The position numbers and the translations under genes are program-made. Below are positions 37,931 through 48,775 of a DNA stretch of 64,000 bases, piece after piece. The number at the start of each line of letters is the position of its first letter. The first letter of the stretch is position 1. This DNA is from Isurus oxyrinchus (Eukaryota), in NCBI GenBank assembly GCA_026770705.1, contig JANJGN010000013.1, positions 57,536,001 through 57,600,000 of the forward strand, in the 5' to 3' direction. The notes under the pieces are model-generated. The model had not been told where the DNA came from, did not search any database, and worked only from the letters and a program-made list of their open reading frames with translations.

Positions 37931-39702
37931 TATATACATACATTTAGCTGATACAGGACCATGATATTCTTCAGTCATTTTCGTAAAATTCACCCTTTAA
38001 TCTTGATTAGGCCTTTTAAATAAGCTTCAAAGGTGGTCATAAACATTCTATGTATCACACTGCAGTTTTATATTCTGCAATCAGAGGGTATGATGTCAGA
38101 TGTAGCTTAGCAGTTGTGGCTTTTAAGATCTGACTGGCTATTAAGTTCCAATTATTGGGATAGATATACCTAAGTCCTGTGCAACAGTAGATATGTTGAT
38201 GTGAGAGGTGTTATTGTTTCACTAAAACCACCAAATTCTCAGCTTCGGAAGAACGTGTAACAATATATTCTCACCATGGACCAAAAGCAATCTACCCACG
38301 TATTGCATTACTTGAAGTAATTACGCGCCTTCATCCATCTCATTTTTAAATTAGCTTTGTGCCTGACACTCTATAGCGCCCAAAATTTTCCTTTTCTCTC
38401 CGTCCCTTTAATCAGCGATCAGATTATAGTGTAAATGACTAGCCAGATAATTCAAAGTATCTTGGTGACTAAGCTTTTGGGGAATAGAAATAGTAAAAAG
38501 GTATGTTTTAGCATTAAACTGGATGCAAAACTAATTTGATTGTTTTGCCTTATCAACGTATTTTGTTTATCAACATATTGCAAGCAATCGTGCATCAGTA
38601 ACACTCGGAAACTTTGCCTTCAAAATTTTCCTGGCCATTTCTGTGTGTGTGAATCCAGAATAATCCAAGTTGTATTATAATAGAATGCTAATATTTTATT
38701 GAGAGCCTTACAGCAAACCGTAATAAGTTGACACTTTCATTTGTTGCACTGTCCGTGTATCTTCCTTGCAACATGTTTTAAACGCAAAATTCTCCGGGAA
38801 TTTTCTCCGGCGTCCTTCTACGGGAGATTGGCGGAATTCTTGGATAAAACGATTAAAAACGGCCTTTTACACAGATTCTCCTGGATTTCCGCCGAAGTTA
38901 TGGCGGGAGATCAGGAGTAGACCTGTCGAATTTCCGGGCTAACAGGGTCAAAATTTCGTTTGGCGATCACACATTAATGGGTTGAGATTCACATGGTGAG
39001 CAGTTCAGAATCGAAATTTATACCCAATGGAATTATTTTTCCAAAAGTCAGGACACTCTTGTGTTTCAGTGGTTTTCTTCAAAGACCCAGCGGCGATGAT
39101 GATGAAATGATTAGTGACCCTTTAGGTAGTGCTTGAAATCGACATTCTTAAATGTTTTCCCATTCTCCAGCTTGCTCTCAAACAGCTGGTTGCTGTTGGG
39201 AAAGTAATGAAGTGGGGGCCAGAAAATGCCTTGTTGTCTCTTTAATAAGCGCTAGCAGATATTTAAAGTGCCATTGTGGTGTTTCACGAGGTCCCAAGCC
39301 ACTACTCCAATCATTGGCTTTACCAATGTTAAATGTGGGCTAGACCAACATTCCAAATGATGAGCCCATCTTGATCATCTCGTCACCTCTTTAACACCGA
39401 AAGTATTCGGTGAAGAGATATCTTCACAGGGTGTGCACCACCAAAGGGCCAAATTCCCCGATCGGGTGCTCATAACCGTGTGTCTGCCTTTTCTAGATAT
39501 TAATTTAAACAATCAGAAAATCAGAAAATAATATCGCGCCGAACTCCAGGCAGGAGTGTGGGACTGTGGAGTCAGCTCTTAGTATCCTCATTCCCTGAAT
39601 TTAAGGCGGTGGCTAATTTACATCACTCAGGCTGATCTTTAATGTGAGTGAAACTCCATCATTGAAAACATTAAACTGTTTTGAAGGTATTAATAAACCA
39701 TT

Positions 39703-40438
39703 GGGCTGGATTTTTGCTGTCAATGTTGAAGCATCGACACTTGTCACTGACCTGGAAGAAAGCTGCCTACAAAGAATGAGCAATTCCTGTGGCTTGGGTT
39801 TCCCCTTTCCTGGCATCAGTTTGAATCTGCACCAAATTAAGGGGGTCTCAGGTATCCAGAAACAGTGATGTCATCAAGCAGACCAAGCAGCTAATCAGAT
39901 TCAAGTATTCTCATAGACAGCAAACCAAAAAGCAAAAACGACTGAAATTCCTTTACTTTTAATGTTTAGAGTTAGGAGAATAAATGATTGGAACAAACAA
40001 TTGAGACTATTGTAAAATCAAAATTTTTACTATCTTTTAAAAATATTATTTTTAATCTGTGGAATTTCGTGTCATAATGGAGAAATTTCACATTCAACAT
40101 ATAAAATTACTCTTTCAGGGTCAGTGAGGGTTTTTTTTAGCAATAATTGTGAATTTCTTGTGCCGCTAAAAACTCAGTTACACCTCATTCAACAAGTTAA
40201 GGGTCCTGCTGCACGACAGAGCATTACAATGCATGTTTTTATTAATTCAATAAATTTTAATTGATTGCACTTTGGGGGACCTCAACAGTTTACCGTCTGG
40301 AGAAGCAGAGAACCGCTGACAGCAACCTCCAGGTTTAACTGCGCATGTGAGGACTCCAAAAGTTGCTGTCATTTTCAGAATAGCGGTGATGATGAACGCT
40401 GCCAAGTTTACCATAATTACTATACAAAAATCCAGGCC
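39703..40438. mobile_element. Non-autonomous DNA transposon (MITE), probably Harbinger-type
   Basis: TIRs GGGCTGGATTTTTG / CAAAAATCCAGGCC (13/14); 3-bp flanks ATT/GTT. Confidence 0.7.
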
Positions 40439-40639
40439 GTTTGTCTTCTGTACACAAGTATGTCAGATGACGAGATATCTCCAATCTGCAGCAAGCCATA
40501 ATCTTACTCCTCACTCAACTTTCGACTCAGCCTCTCATGTTATACAACTGATTGATTAACACCTGAACATTACAATAGCATGTGGAATGACAGAAACAGA
40601 ACCGTTCCCATTTTAATGTTAAATGATGATGTAGAGGCT

Positions 40640-40905
40640 CTAGTAATAAAAGCGGAAAATGCTGGAGGTAATCAGTAGATTAGGCAGCATCTGTGCAGGG
40701 AGAGGAAAACATAGGCAGAAAGACTAAAAAGGAGAGTCTATGATGGGGTGGAGCGCAGGAGTAGTTGAATGACAAAATGATGGTGCAGTGCAAGTAGATT
40801 TGAGAATGAGTGTTCATTTTTCTCTACACAGATGTTGCCTGACCTGCTGAATGTCTTCAGCATTTTCTGATTTTACTTTCGCTTTCCAGCATCTGCAATA
40901 TTTAG
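40640..40905. mobile_element. Old Penelope pLTR fragments in inverted arrangement
   Basis: gaaaatgctggaggta…ggcagcatctgtg (40657-40695) vs cacagatgttgcctgacctgctga…tccagcatctgca (40828-40898). Confidence 0.55.
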
Positions 40906-40976
40906 TTTCATCAGAAACAGTAAAGGACTGTAAATTGCAGCTTACTGAGAAACTGAGCTTCCTTCTTCTCTTTAAA

Positions 40977-41063
40977 CTACAGCTGGGAGTAAACCATTTG
41001 CACTTCATTTCCACTTTCTGTCTTGGGCTCTGCTTTGCAGATATTCACAGCTGCATATTACGC
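40977..41063 (-). CDS. Predicted exon 4 (terminal, cytoplasmic) of the IgV receptor; in-frame TAA at 41058-41060
   Basis: Acceptor cactaat…ttgtcctacatttacag|; phase 0 reads A*YAAVNICKAEPKTESGNEVQMVYSQL* with two tyrosine motifs. Confidence 0.62.
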
Positions 41064-41459
41064 CTGTAAATGTAGGACAACGTATTAGTGGTCCATATTT
41101 TGATATATGTAGAGTTAGCAAGCAGCTAATTAATTTTTGATTATTAGTCTGCAGACGTTAAAACAAATTCACAGTGGCCGTGACTTCAAACTGACGGCAA
41201 TGTAGAGATAAGTACATTCACACGATGGTAATTCACTTTTGAAACATGTCTATCAGTAGGTCACTTAATTAGTATTTCATTATCTTTAATTGCCGCATCC
41301 TGGTTGTGGCATTAATTTGTAATATCCATTGAGGGCTGTGTAACTACATGTCTGGTAGGATTCTCTATGTATTTTGTACATCAGACTAATAGCTAATTTG
41401 TACAAAGTGCAGGACATGATACAATTGGGTTAAACATAATCTTATTACAGGTACAGTAC

Positions 41460-41509
41460 CTCTGGGACGGTTCCGGTAAACAGAACGCTGTGTTCAACTG
41501 ATTGCTTCT
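41460..41509 (-). CDS. Predicted exon 3 (cytoplasmic, 50 nt) of the IgV receptor
   Basis: Acceptor ttttcggttgttttgtcattgcag|, donor GAG|gtactg; phase 1 to 0; reads QKQSVEHSVLFTGTVPE. Confidence 0.68.
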
Positions 41510-43126
41510 CTGCAATGACAAAACAACCGAAAATGATTTCTTGCGAAGCTTTCGAGTTAAGCCGAATCTGTAACCGAATTAAGTGTTTATTCTCGGGAAA
41601 AGAGAATTCAATGGATTGTATTGGCCTGCCACGTGAGAAAGTGCCAGCCTCAGTATTATTGCTCTTAGAATCTTTTATAAACTGGAAACGCAGAAGTATT
41701 TTGAACTAGAATAGGAGATAAGGCATGTAACAACACTACTTTGGGACCTGAATCACGGATCAATTTTACTCCATCATAAATGCTGCTCCGTTGCACAATA
41801 GTTAAAGATTGCAGCTCATGGAAGTACAGTTATACTGGATGACAGATTTGTCTTATAGCTGTATGAGAATCAATGAGATTTACGAGACATTAAGAAGCAA
41901 TATTTTCAACAGGCCGTTTATAGGAAAGCAATTGAAAGCATTTTTCAGGCTTTTATGCTAGCGGTATAAATCTATTTGGATTACAGCCTATAATATACGC
42001 GCATCTGGACAGGCAGCTTATCTGCAAGATACGTACTTACATTATAGATAACAGGCCCCACACAGAACAATTATAGCAGCGTTGGTTTCACACTGAAACA
42101 CCTAACTCATTCTTGCTGTACTTTACGCTCCAATATCATGTCTATCTTGAGCATAAGGGGAATTGAAAATTCTTACAGTTGCGAACCATTGGGACAGACT
42201 AGGACATGGTTTGGAATTCAATGTAAATAAAGGTAATGCATATTGGAACAAAAACAAGAAACGTGTAGACCACGAATCGGTCTAATTTTGTGAAGACTGT
42301 GAAGGTCGTGGAGCCAGGTAAGCGCAGCCCGTGGGAGAGAAGTGTCTCCCTTTATGGGGCAAAACGTTTATATATTGGACTGAGAGTTGAGACCACTTGG
42401 TTGATAATATCCAGTCCCACGGTGCTAGGTTAGGGACAGCTCAAGATATCTTCATTTAGGAAAGGAAGTAAGGTAAAAATCTAGCTCTTAAAATGCCAAG
42501 AGACAGGCATAATGTAAATGTAAGCGACTGTGAGTCGAGAATTAGAAGCCACGGTACAAGAGATACCACAGAGCAGCCGAACAGACTCCCCAAAAATCGG
42601 TAACTTAATAAAGGACTAATCTGGGTTTAGGATAGGGGTGACGGTTACAGGAAAACTCGAGTAAGGATATAGGTAACTGTTATCCTGTGATACCCGGCAG
42701 CTGATGTGCTTTTGTAAACAAGAAAATGTCATGATTGCTGAAATCATGGATATGACAATGGATTGATCACTGAATCCGGGGTATTTTGCTTTTAGGTGGG
42801 AGTCCAGTGAAAATTTGGAAAATAAAATTATCTCAGGATTTGTAGAAAAGGTGAACTTCATATGCCAGGTTGATTTTTTTCTTACTGATAAATGTGGTAA
42901 AAACTGTACAACAATTACAAACTTTGATAAATTCCAGTTACCATATTTAAGCACATATATAACAACATATTCTGGCTGAAATAATTTTACGTGGAAGAAC
43001 AGTAACCGTTTGCCCTCAAGCATTTGTTAAAAGACGTCATTATATTAATTGGAGAATATTTGCTATTTTTGATTAAAGTTGTATATCATAAACCTAACAT
43101 TGCTATAATGAAAGTCTAATACTCAC

Positions 43127-43243
43127 GTCTTGCTTTCCTGTTGCGTGCAGCTACAAGGAAAATAACGCATAAAATCACCAGCGGACACAGCAGGAAAGAC
43201 CACTGGACTTTGATTTTCCTGGAATCATGATCTTTAAAAGATT
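43127..43243 (-). CDS. Predicted exon 2 (stalk + transmembrane) of the IgV receptor
   Basis: Acceptor atttctttaaag| (alternative in-frame acceptor gives start 43231), donor C|gtgagt; phase 1 to 1; ESFKDHDSRKIKVQWSFLLCPLVILCVIFLVAARNRKAR is a TM helix plus basic stop-transfer. Confidence 0.82.
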
Positions 43244-43687
43244 CTTTAAAGAAATTCGTATATATTTATCACAATTTTAAGTAAAAATCTCTGCCAAACA
43301 ATACGTCCTTCAACTAGTGTGATTGTAAGTGGAAACATGTAAAAGAGAAATTGTTGTTATTGCACCTCTCACTGTGCGGTAACCCCAGGATGTACATGTT
43401 TTTCTGGGTTCCTTTCACATTGTAACCTTTAATTACACGTCTCAAGCACATAATATAACACATGATTTGATATTCTGCGAGGCGTTAGCCTGTATTTCCC
43501 CCCGCCATCCCCCCCCACCCCACCCCTCGGCTGCTTTAGGGACAGAATTATCGCATTTAAAGTTACTGGTCGACGAATTCCCAGAAAGGTGAAATTTGGT
43601 CATCCAATAACGTATTGGACTGACCGCATTTCAAATTCTGAGTTTTCTGCCGACTGTTCACCTTCATTCCAGGGGGTGCAAATGTGG

Positions 43688-44105
43688 GGAGGCGTTGGCG
43701 TAGTGGTATGGTCACTGGATGAGTAATTCTCTGGGGGATCCGCGTTCGAATCCCCAAATTCAATAGGAGTCTAGAATCAGATGTCAGAATTACCTGGACA
43801 AACTCAGCAGGTCTGGCAGCATCGGCGTAGAAGAAAGGAGTTGACGTTTCGAGTCCTCATGACCCTTCACCGGAGCTCTTTTCTTCTTCGCCGATGCTGC
43901 CAGACGTGCTGAGTTTGTCCAGGTAATTCTGTTTTTGTTTTGGATTTCCAGCATCCGTAGTTTCTTGTTTTTATCTTATTAGAATCAAATGTCGTTGTCG
44001 TAAGTACCTTCCTCTCTCCCTTTAGGGAAGGAAAACTGCTTCCTGTACTTGTCTACATATGACCCACAAATTGTGGTGGTTGGCAATCAAATGCTGGCCT
44101 AAAAA
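43688..44105 (+). mobile_element. tRNA-derived SINE in intron 1, split by a Penelope hairpin
   Basis: Perfect A box TGGCGTAGTGG (43696) and B box GTTCGAATCC (43744); tail …aaatgctggcct. Confidence 0.8.
43786..43979. mobile_element. Penelope pLTR-only hairpin insertion
   Basis: Inverted arms of the same sequence as 8688-8935; TSD TAGAATCAGATGTC / TAGAATCAAATGTC (43772-43785, 43980-43993). Confidence 0.88.
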
Positions 44106-44227
44106 GTACTGTGCAGGATTTCTGTCAGATAACATATAGTCAGAAATGACCTCAGTGGAACACAACATTCTAAGTTGTAGCTGAGAAAAGAACAACAAAA
44201 TTATGAATTAATAATATTTTTGCGATT

Positions 44228-44455
44228 GGAGGTGGTGGCACAATGGTATTGTCACTGACTAGAGCTTTATGGGACCTAGGTTCAAATCCTGCTATAGCAG
44301 ATGGTGAGATTTAAATTCAATAAAAATCTGGACAGCCATTGCCATAAAAACCCAGTTGGTTTGCTGGTCTGGCCTACATGTAGTTGACTCTTAAAAAATG
44401 GACTGGGCAATAAATGCTGGCCTAGCCAGCAATGCTCGCATCCAATGAATAAAAT
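44228..44455 (+). mobile_element. tRNA-derived SINE (deleted copy)
   Basis: ggtggcacaatggtattgtcact…ggttcaaatcc…aaatgctggcctagccagc. Confidence 0.8.
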
Positions 44456-44599
44456 CAAGGCTACTTGACCATGATGGTGGAAGCAGAATAGTAACACAGT
44501 TATTCTCCAAGCAGAGAATGAAGTTCAAAATTCTTACATGGGCAAAGGAGGTGATGCAAATCCTGGTTGCCACGTAACATTGAGAGGAACAGAATAATT

Positions 44600-45945
44600 G
44601 TTGCAAAAACGCTATCTAATATTTACAATTTTATGTATATTTAGCCTGTAATGGCTATCAGATCATATTTATTTACTTCAATGTGTGCTATCAATTTGTT
44701 TACTCTTAGTTTTTTGTTATCTTTGTGACATCTAGTCTTGATTCTTTGTGCATTCCTAGGTTTTTTCTCTCTGTTCCTTCCTGCCATTCTCCAACCCTTA
44801 TTTGCTATATTACTATTTTCCTCTCTTACCTTGCCTCTAATCTTTGATATACCACAACTTTCCACATTTGATCCCTTGCCTCCACTATTTAGTTTAAAAC
44901 CTTCTCTACTTCCCTAGTTATTTGGTTCACAAGAACACTGGTCCCAGCCTGGTTCAGGTGTAGACTGTCCCAATGGTAGAGTCCCACTTTCCCCAGTATT
45001 GGTGCCAGTGTTCCACAAACCAGAACCCACTTCTCACACACCAGTCTTTGAGTCAAGTATTCATCTCTCTAACTGCATATACCCTATGCCAATTTGCACG
45101 TGGCTCAGGTAATAACCAAGGGATTATAACCTTTGAGGTTGTGCTTTTCAATTTACTGCCTAGCTCCTCATACTGTCTATGAAGAATCTCATTCTAATTC
45201 TACCTATGTCATTGTTATGTACATGGACCAGGACAACTGGATCCCTCTCACCAAACCCTAGGAGTTCTTGTGCATGAGTCACAGAAGTTAGAAGGAAGGT
45301 ACAGCAATTAATTAAGAAGGCTAATGGAATGCTGTCCTTAACTACAAGAAGAATTGAACATAAAAGTAAGGATGTTATGCTTCAGTTATACAGGGGATTG
45401 GTGAGACTGCACCTCGCATACTCCTTATTTAAGGAGGGATGTAAATGCATTGGAGGTGGTTCAGAGAATGTTTACTACATTGATACCCGGCATGTGTGTG
45501 TTGTCTTATGAAGAAAGGTTGGACAGACTGGGCTTGTTTCCATTGGAGTTTAGAAGAGTGAGGGGTGATTTGATTGAAGTATACAAGATCCTGAATGGTC
45601 TTGGCAAGGTAACGTGGAAAGAATAATTCCTCCTGTGGGTGAATTCAGATTTAGGGGGCACTGTTTTAAAATTCGTCCCTTTAGGACATAGATGAAGAGA
45701 ATTTTTTTCTCTCAGAGGGTTGTGCGACTTTGGAACTCTACCTCAGAAGGTGGTGGAGGTGGGGTCATTGAATATTTTAAAGACAGAGGTAGATGGATTC
45801 TTGTTAGGCAAGGGAATCAAAGGTTTACGGAGTTAGATGGGAATTTGGAAATCAAAACACAAGGAAATCAGCCATGATCTTATTGAATGGTGGAGCAGGC
45901 TCGAAGGGCTGAATGACCTACTCCTATTTCGTATGTTCATATTCA
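44600..45945. mobile_element. Two CR1 fragments in intron 1: 44600-45270 (-, ORF1 end/EN start) and 45270-45945 (+, 3' end)
   Basis: NKLIAHIEVNKYDLIAIT; KSKDVMLQLYRGLVRLHL; CR1 tail …gggctgaatgacctactcct. Confidence 0.8.
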
Positions 45946-46487
45946 TTACAATGCTGTTCAATACCAGAAAATAAATTTAGACTAGAATGTCTCTGACGCG
46001 CTAACCACACCTATACCAATTACTGAATTAATCTGAAGTAAAATTATATTCAGGTTTTCCACACTGATTCACTGAAACCAGTTGCATGTTGAACGCACCC
46101 ATATTTTGTACCCATTTTTTCCACTTCCTCCGCTGAATGTTTTGTTTGTCACTGGATAAAGGTTCAATAGATGCCGAGTTCCCACCTTTACTTCTCCCAA
46201 ATGACAATTCTCCGTAATCCTTGCTTCAGTCTGCTCCTGGTCCCATACACCCCAACACTTTCCAACAAGAATCACTAGCACTGAGTCATGACCAGGAGCA
46301 GCAGTCCTGATCATTCGCCCTTTTTCAGACGGTGCGCTTCGCCAATTGTAACTCTGAATCTCAGTCCAGTGTTCAACTGTTTTAACCTTCACAGCACCAA
46401 TAAACACTGGGGCATGAATACAGTGATGTGACGGGTTGAATTACCATGAGTACTGCCACACTTTGAAACATAAATAATAGGACCTAC

Positions 46488-46905
46488 CTGTAACTGTCAA
46501 TGTGCTTCCATTGCCCCTCATACCTTCAGTGGACGGTGGATTCAGACTCATCAATTCACAATAATATGTGCCACTGTCCCCAGGCTGGAGGTGGTTTATT
46601 GATATCTGCGATACATTTCGATCTTGGTCTTTTCTATTTACCACCCGGATTGACTGATTACTCTTGCATCTGTCCATGTAAATAATATAGGTCGGATTAT
46701 TTTGGTTTCTTGGTTGGTGAAGCCAGTTGATTACGAAGTCCTGAATTTCATCAGCAGAATAGACACAGGTCAGGTTCGCTGTCCCTCCTTCGGTCACAAG
46801 CAGAGAATCTGGGGTCTGGTATACCCGAATCCCTTCGGCAGCACTCAGTGTCCAGTCAGGGCAGAAAATAGACATCTGCATCAATATTAATATCATGATG
46901 TTCAT
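46488..46905 (-). CDS. Predicted exon 1 (signal peptide + IgV/VJ-type domain) of a PD-1/CD28H-like type I receptor; an upstream in-frame ATG lies at 46980
   Basis: MNIMILILMQMSIFCPDWTLSAAEG leader. V-set hallmarks: TANLTC (B-strand Cys), FVINW (C-strand Trp), DSGTYYC, J-like GNGSTLTVT. Phase-1 donor ACAG|gtaggt at 46488/46487. Four N-glycosylation sequons. Confidence 0.9.
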
Positions 46906-47170
46906 GTTAACCAGGCGACACCGGAGAACATCAGCCTTCAGGTTTGCAAGAGTCAGCAGAGGCACTCGGTTATTGTTCATCTTTCACAGCTCTCGGTGCG
47001 GATGTGGGACGTGGGGAGTTTAGAGTTGGCCACCCGCCTCTTGCTAGTTACGCGTGGGTTTCAAAGCCCAACTCTGCTGCTCAGTATTCTCAGATAAACT
47101 CGCGCTCACCACAGAGAGCAACGTGGAACCCAGCGATAACCAGCACCGGCGACGTCAGTACAAAACAGTA
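46906..47170 (-). promoter_or_regulatory. CpG-rich putative promoter/5' UTR of the IgV gene
   Basis: Dense CpGs, near-CRE TGACGTCG (minus strand, ~47150-47157), GATA motif (cagataa ~47092). Confidence 0.4.
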
Positions 47171-47244
47171 ATTTAAGGCTTTGATGCCTCTCCTCTAGTC
47201 TTCATATTTAGCCTGGCTATTGTCGCATGATTAATGTGTTTTTT

Positions 47245-47590
47245 TTTATTCATTCACGGGATGTGGGCTTCGCTGGCTGGGCCAGCATTTATTGTCCATC
47301 CACTTAATTGCCCTTGAGAAGGTGGTGATGAGCTGCCTTCTTGAACCGCTGCAGTCCATGTGGTGTAGGTACACCCACAGTGCTGTTAGGGAGGGAGTTC
47401 CAGGATTTTGACCCAGTGACAGTGAAGGAACAGCGATATATTTCCAAATGAGGATGGTGAGTGTCTTGGAGGGGAACTTGCAGGTGGTGGTATTCCCATC
47501 TATCTGCTGCCCTTGTCCTTCTAGATGGTAGTGGTCGTGGGTTTGGAAGATGCTGCCTAAGGAAATGTGTCTAAGGAAATGAGCCTTGAG
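47245..47590 (-). mobile_element. CR1-clade LINE 3' end
   Basis: Close match to 10070-10390. Confidence 0.88.
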
Positions 47591-48429
47591 ACAAATCGAA
47601 TCAACGGGCAAAATAAATTCAGTTCAATTACAGTTTGTAACTGCCCATATTGCTAGTAAATATAAAATCAATTGCTGCATCGAATCAAATCTGCAAAAGT
47701 TTCCCTGTGCGAGTAAATGTTTAAATACACTTTGCTGATAAATACTGGTGGGAGATAAGCCCGGAGAGGCGGTTTGAAGCTTTCAGTGCAATGACAGTGC
47801 TTTCCTATTCTCGTTTCCTGGCAGTCACACAGACAGTAATGCAGGGTTAATGCCCACAGCACGGGCACAGTGTAGCTGGTACAAGATGTGAACTTAGAGA
47901 ATGTGTTTTTCTTCACGATAATTGTGAAAAATTGACCTGTGACTGATTTGGATTCAGTGCGTCCCTCTGTTCCCCAGCTGCCTGCAGGCACTATTCCTCT
48001 ATCGAGGTTTGTGGTGTGAACAATAATTTTTAATTTATTAATTTTTTTATGGTTCTGGCTCTGAATCATTCAAGGCATTGTAGTCTCGTGGTTAGGGCAC
48101 TTTTTCCTGGCTGGGGAACCACAACCAGGGTGGGGGTGGGGTGGGGAGGGGGGGGGGGGGGGGGGCGGGGGCGGGGTGTCAACGCCTTTGTGGTCAAAGG
48201 AAGGAAACTTCAAATTTTGCAACTTGGAATGTTAGAACATTCATGGATAACCTCAAGGTTGACCACCTGGAAAGAAAAACTACAACAATATAGTAAGCTA
48301 TCAAAACTCCAAACTGACATTGCTGCCCTCAGTGAGGCCCACCTTCCTGGGAAGGGGCAGCTGAAGGAAAAAGCCGAGGGACACACCTTCTACTGGAAAG
48401 AAAAGACTGACAGCAGCCCTCACGTCCAC

Positions 48430-48775
48430 ACAAATAAAAACAGAAAGTGCTGGAAATACTCAACAGGTCTGGCAGCATCTATGGAGAGAGAAAGTTACCA
48501 TTTCGAGTCCAATGTGACTCTTCTTCAGAACTGAAGGAGGGTAGAAAAGTGATGGGCTATCTGCTGTCATGAGAGGAGGGGAGAGGAGGAACAAAAGGGA
48601 AGGTCTGGGAAAGGCTAGAGGGTCAGAGAGCTAAAATGACAAAGATGTCATGGAACGTAAGGCAATGGGAGTGGTTATGGTTGTAGTAAAGTGACACAGT
48701 ATTTGTCCAGAGTGAGTATAAATGCCACAATAATAAACATCTGAAAGCAAGAAACATGAAAACAAGATTCAAGCT
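48430..48775 (-). mobile_element. Penelope pLTR fragment containing a hammerhead motif (48493-48532)
   Basis: AGTT-CTGAAGA-AGAGTC-ACATTG-GACTC-GAAA-TGGT-AACT on the minus strand; canonical CUGANGA core. Confidence 0.7.

Noticed and set aside
42035-42095. Candidate minus-strand exon ending at a strong gtaagt donor
   Set aside because: Stop codons in all three phases from the nearest acceptor
42616-43023. 135-aa ORF in intron 2
   Set aside because: No recognisable domain and no compatible splice sites
43688-43756. tRNA gene
   Set aside because: The A/B boxes belong to the SINE head; it continues into SINE body and tail with no full cloverleaf or terminator
46069-46407. 112-aa ORF as a second Ig domain or stalk
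   Set aside because: Lacks Ig Cys/Trp spacing and clear splice sites
40977-46905. Assigning the gene symbol PDCD1, CD28 or NCR3
   Set aside because: The similarity is by eye only, the exon layout differs from PD-1, there is no MYPPPY motif or TM arginine, and no synteny is visible in the window
46441-46980. Single-exon 179-aa secreted Ig protein or rearranging V segment
   Set aside because: A strong phase-1 donor follows the G strand and a matching TM exon lies downstream; the J-like strand is already joined and there is no heptamer/nonamer
47866-47900. CACAGTG heptamers (47866, also ~41170) as RSS
   Set aside because: No ACAAAAACC-like nonamer at 12 or 23 spacing
47668-48069. Signal-peptide-like VPVLWALTLHYCLCDC as an upstream leader exon
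   Set aside because: No suitable ATG before it and no GT donor after it
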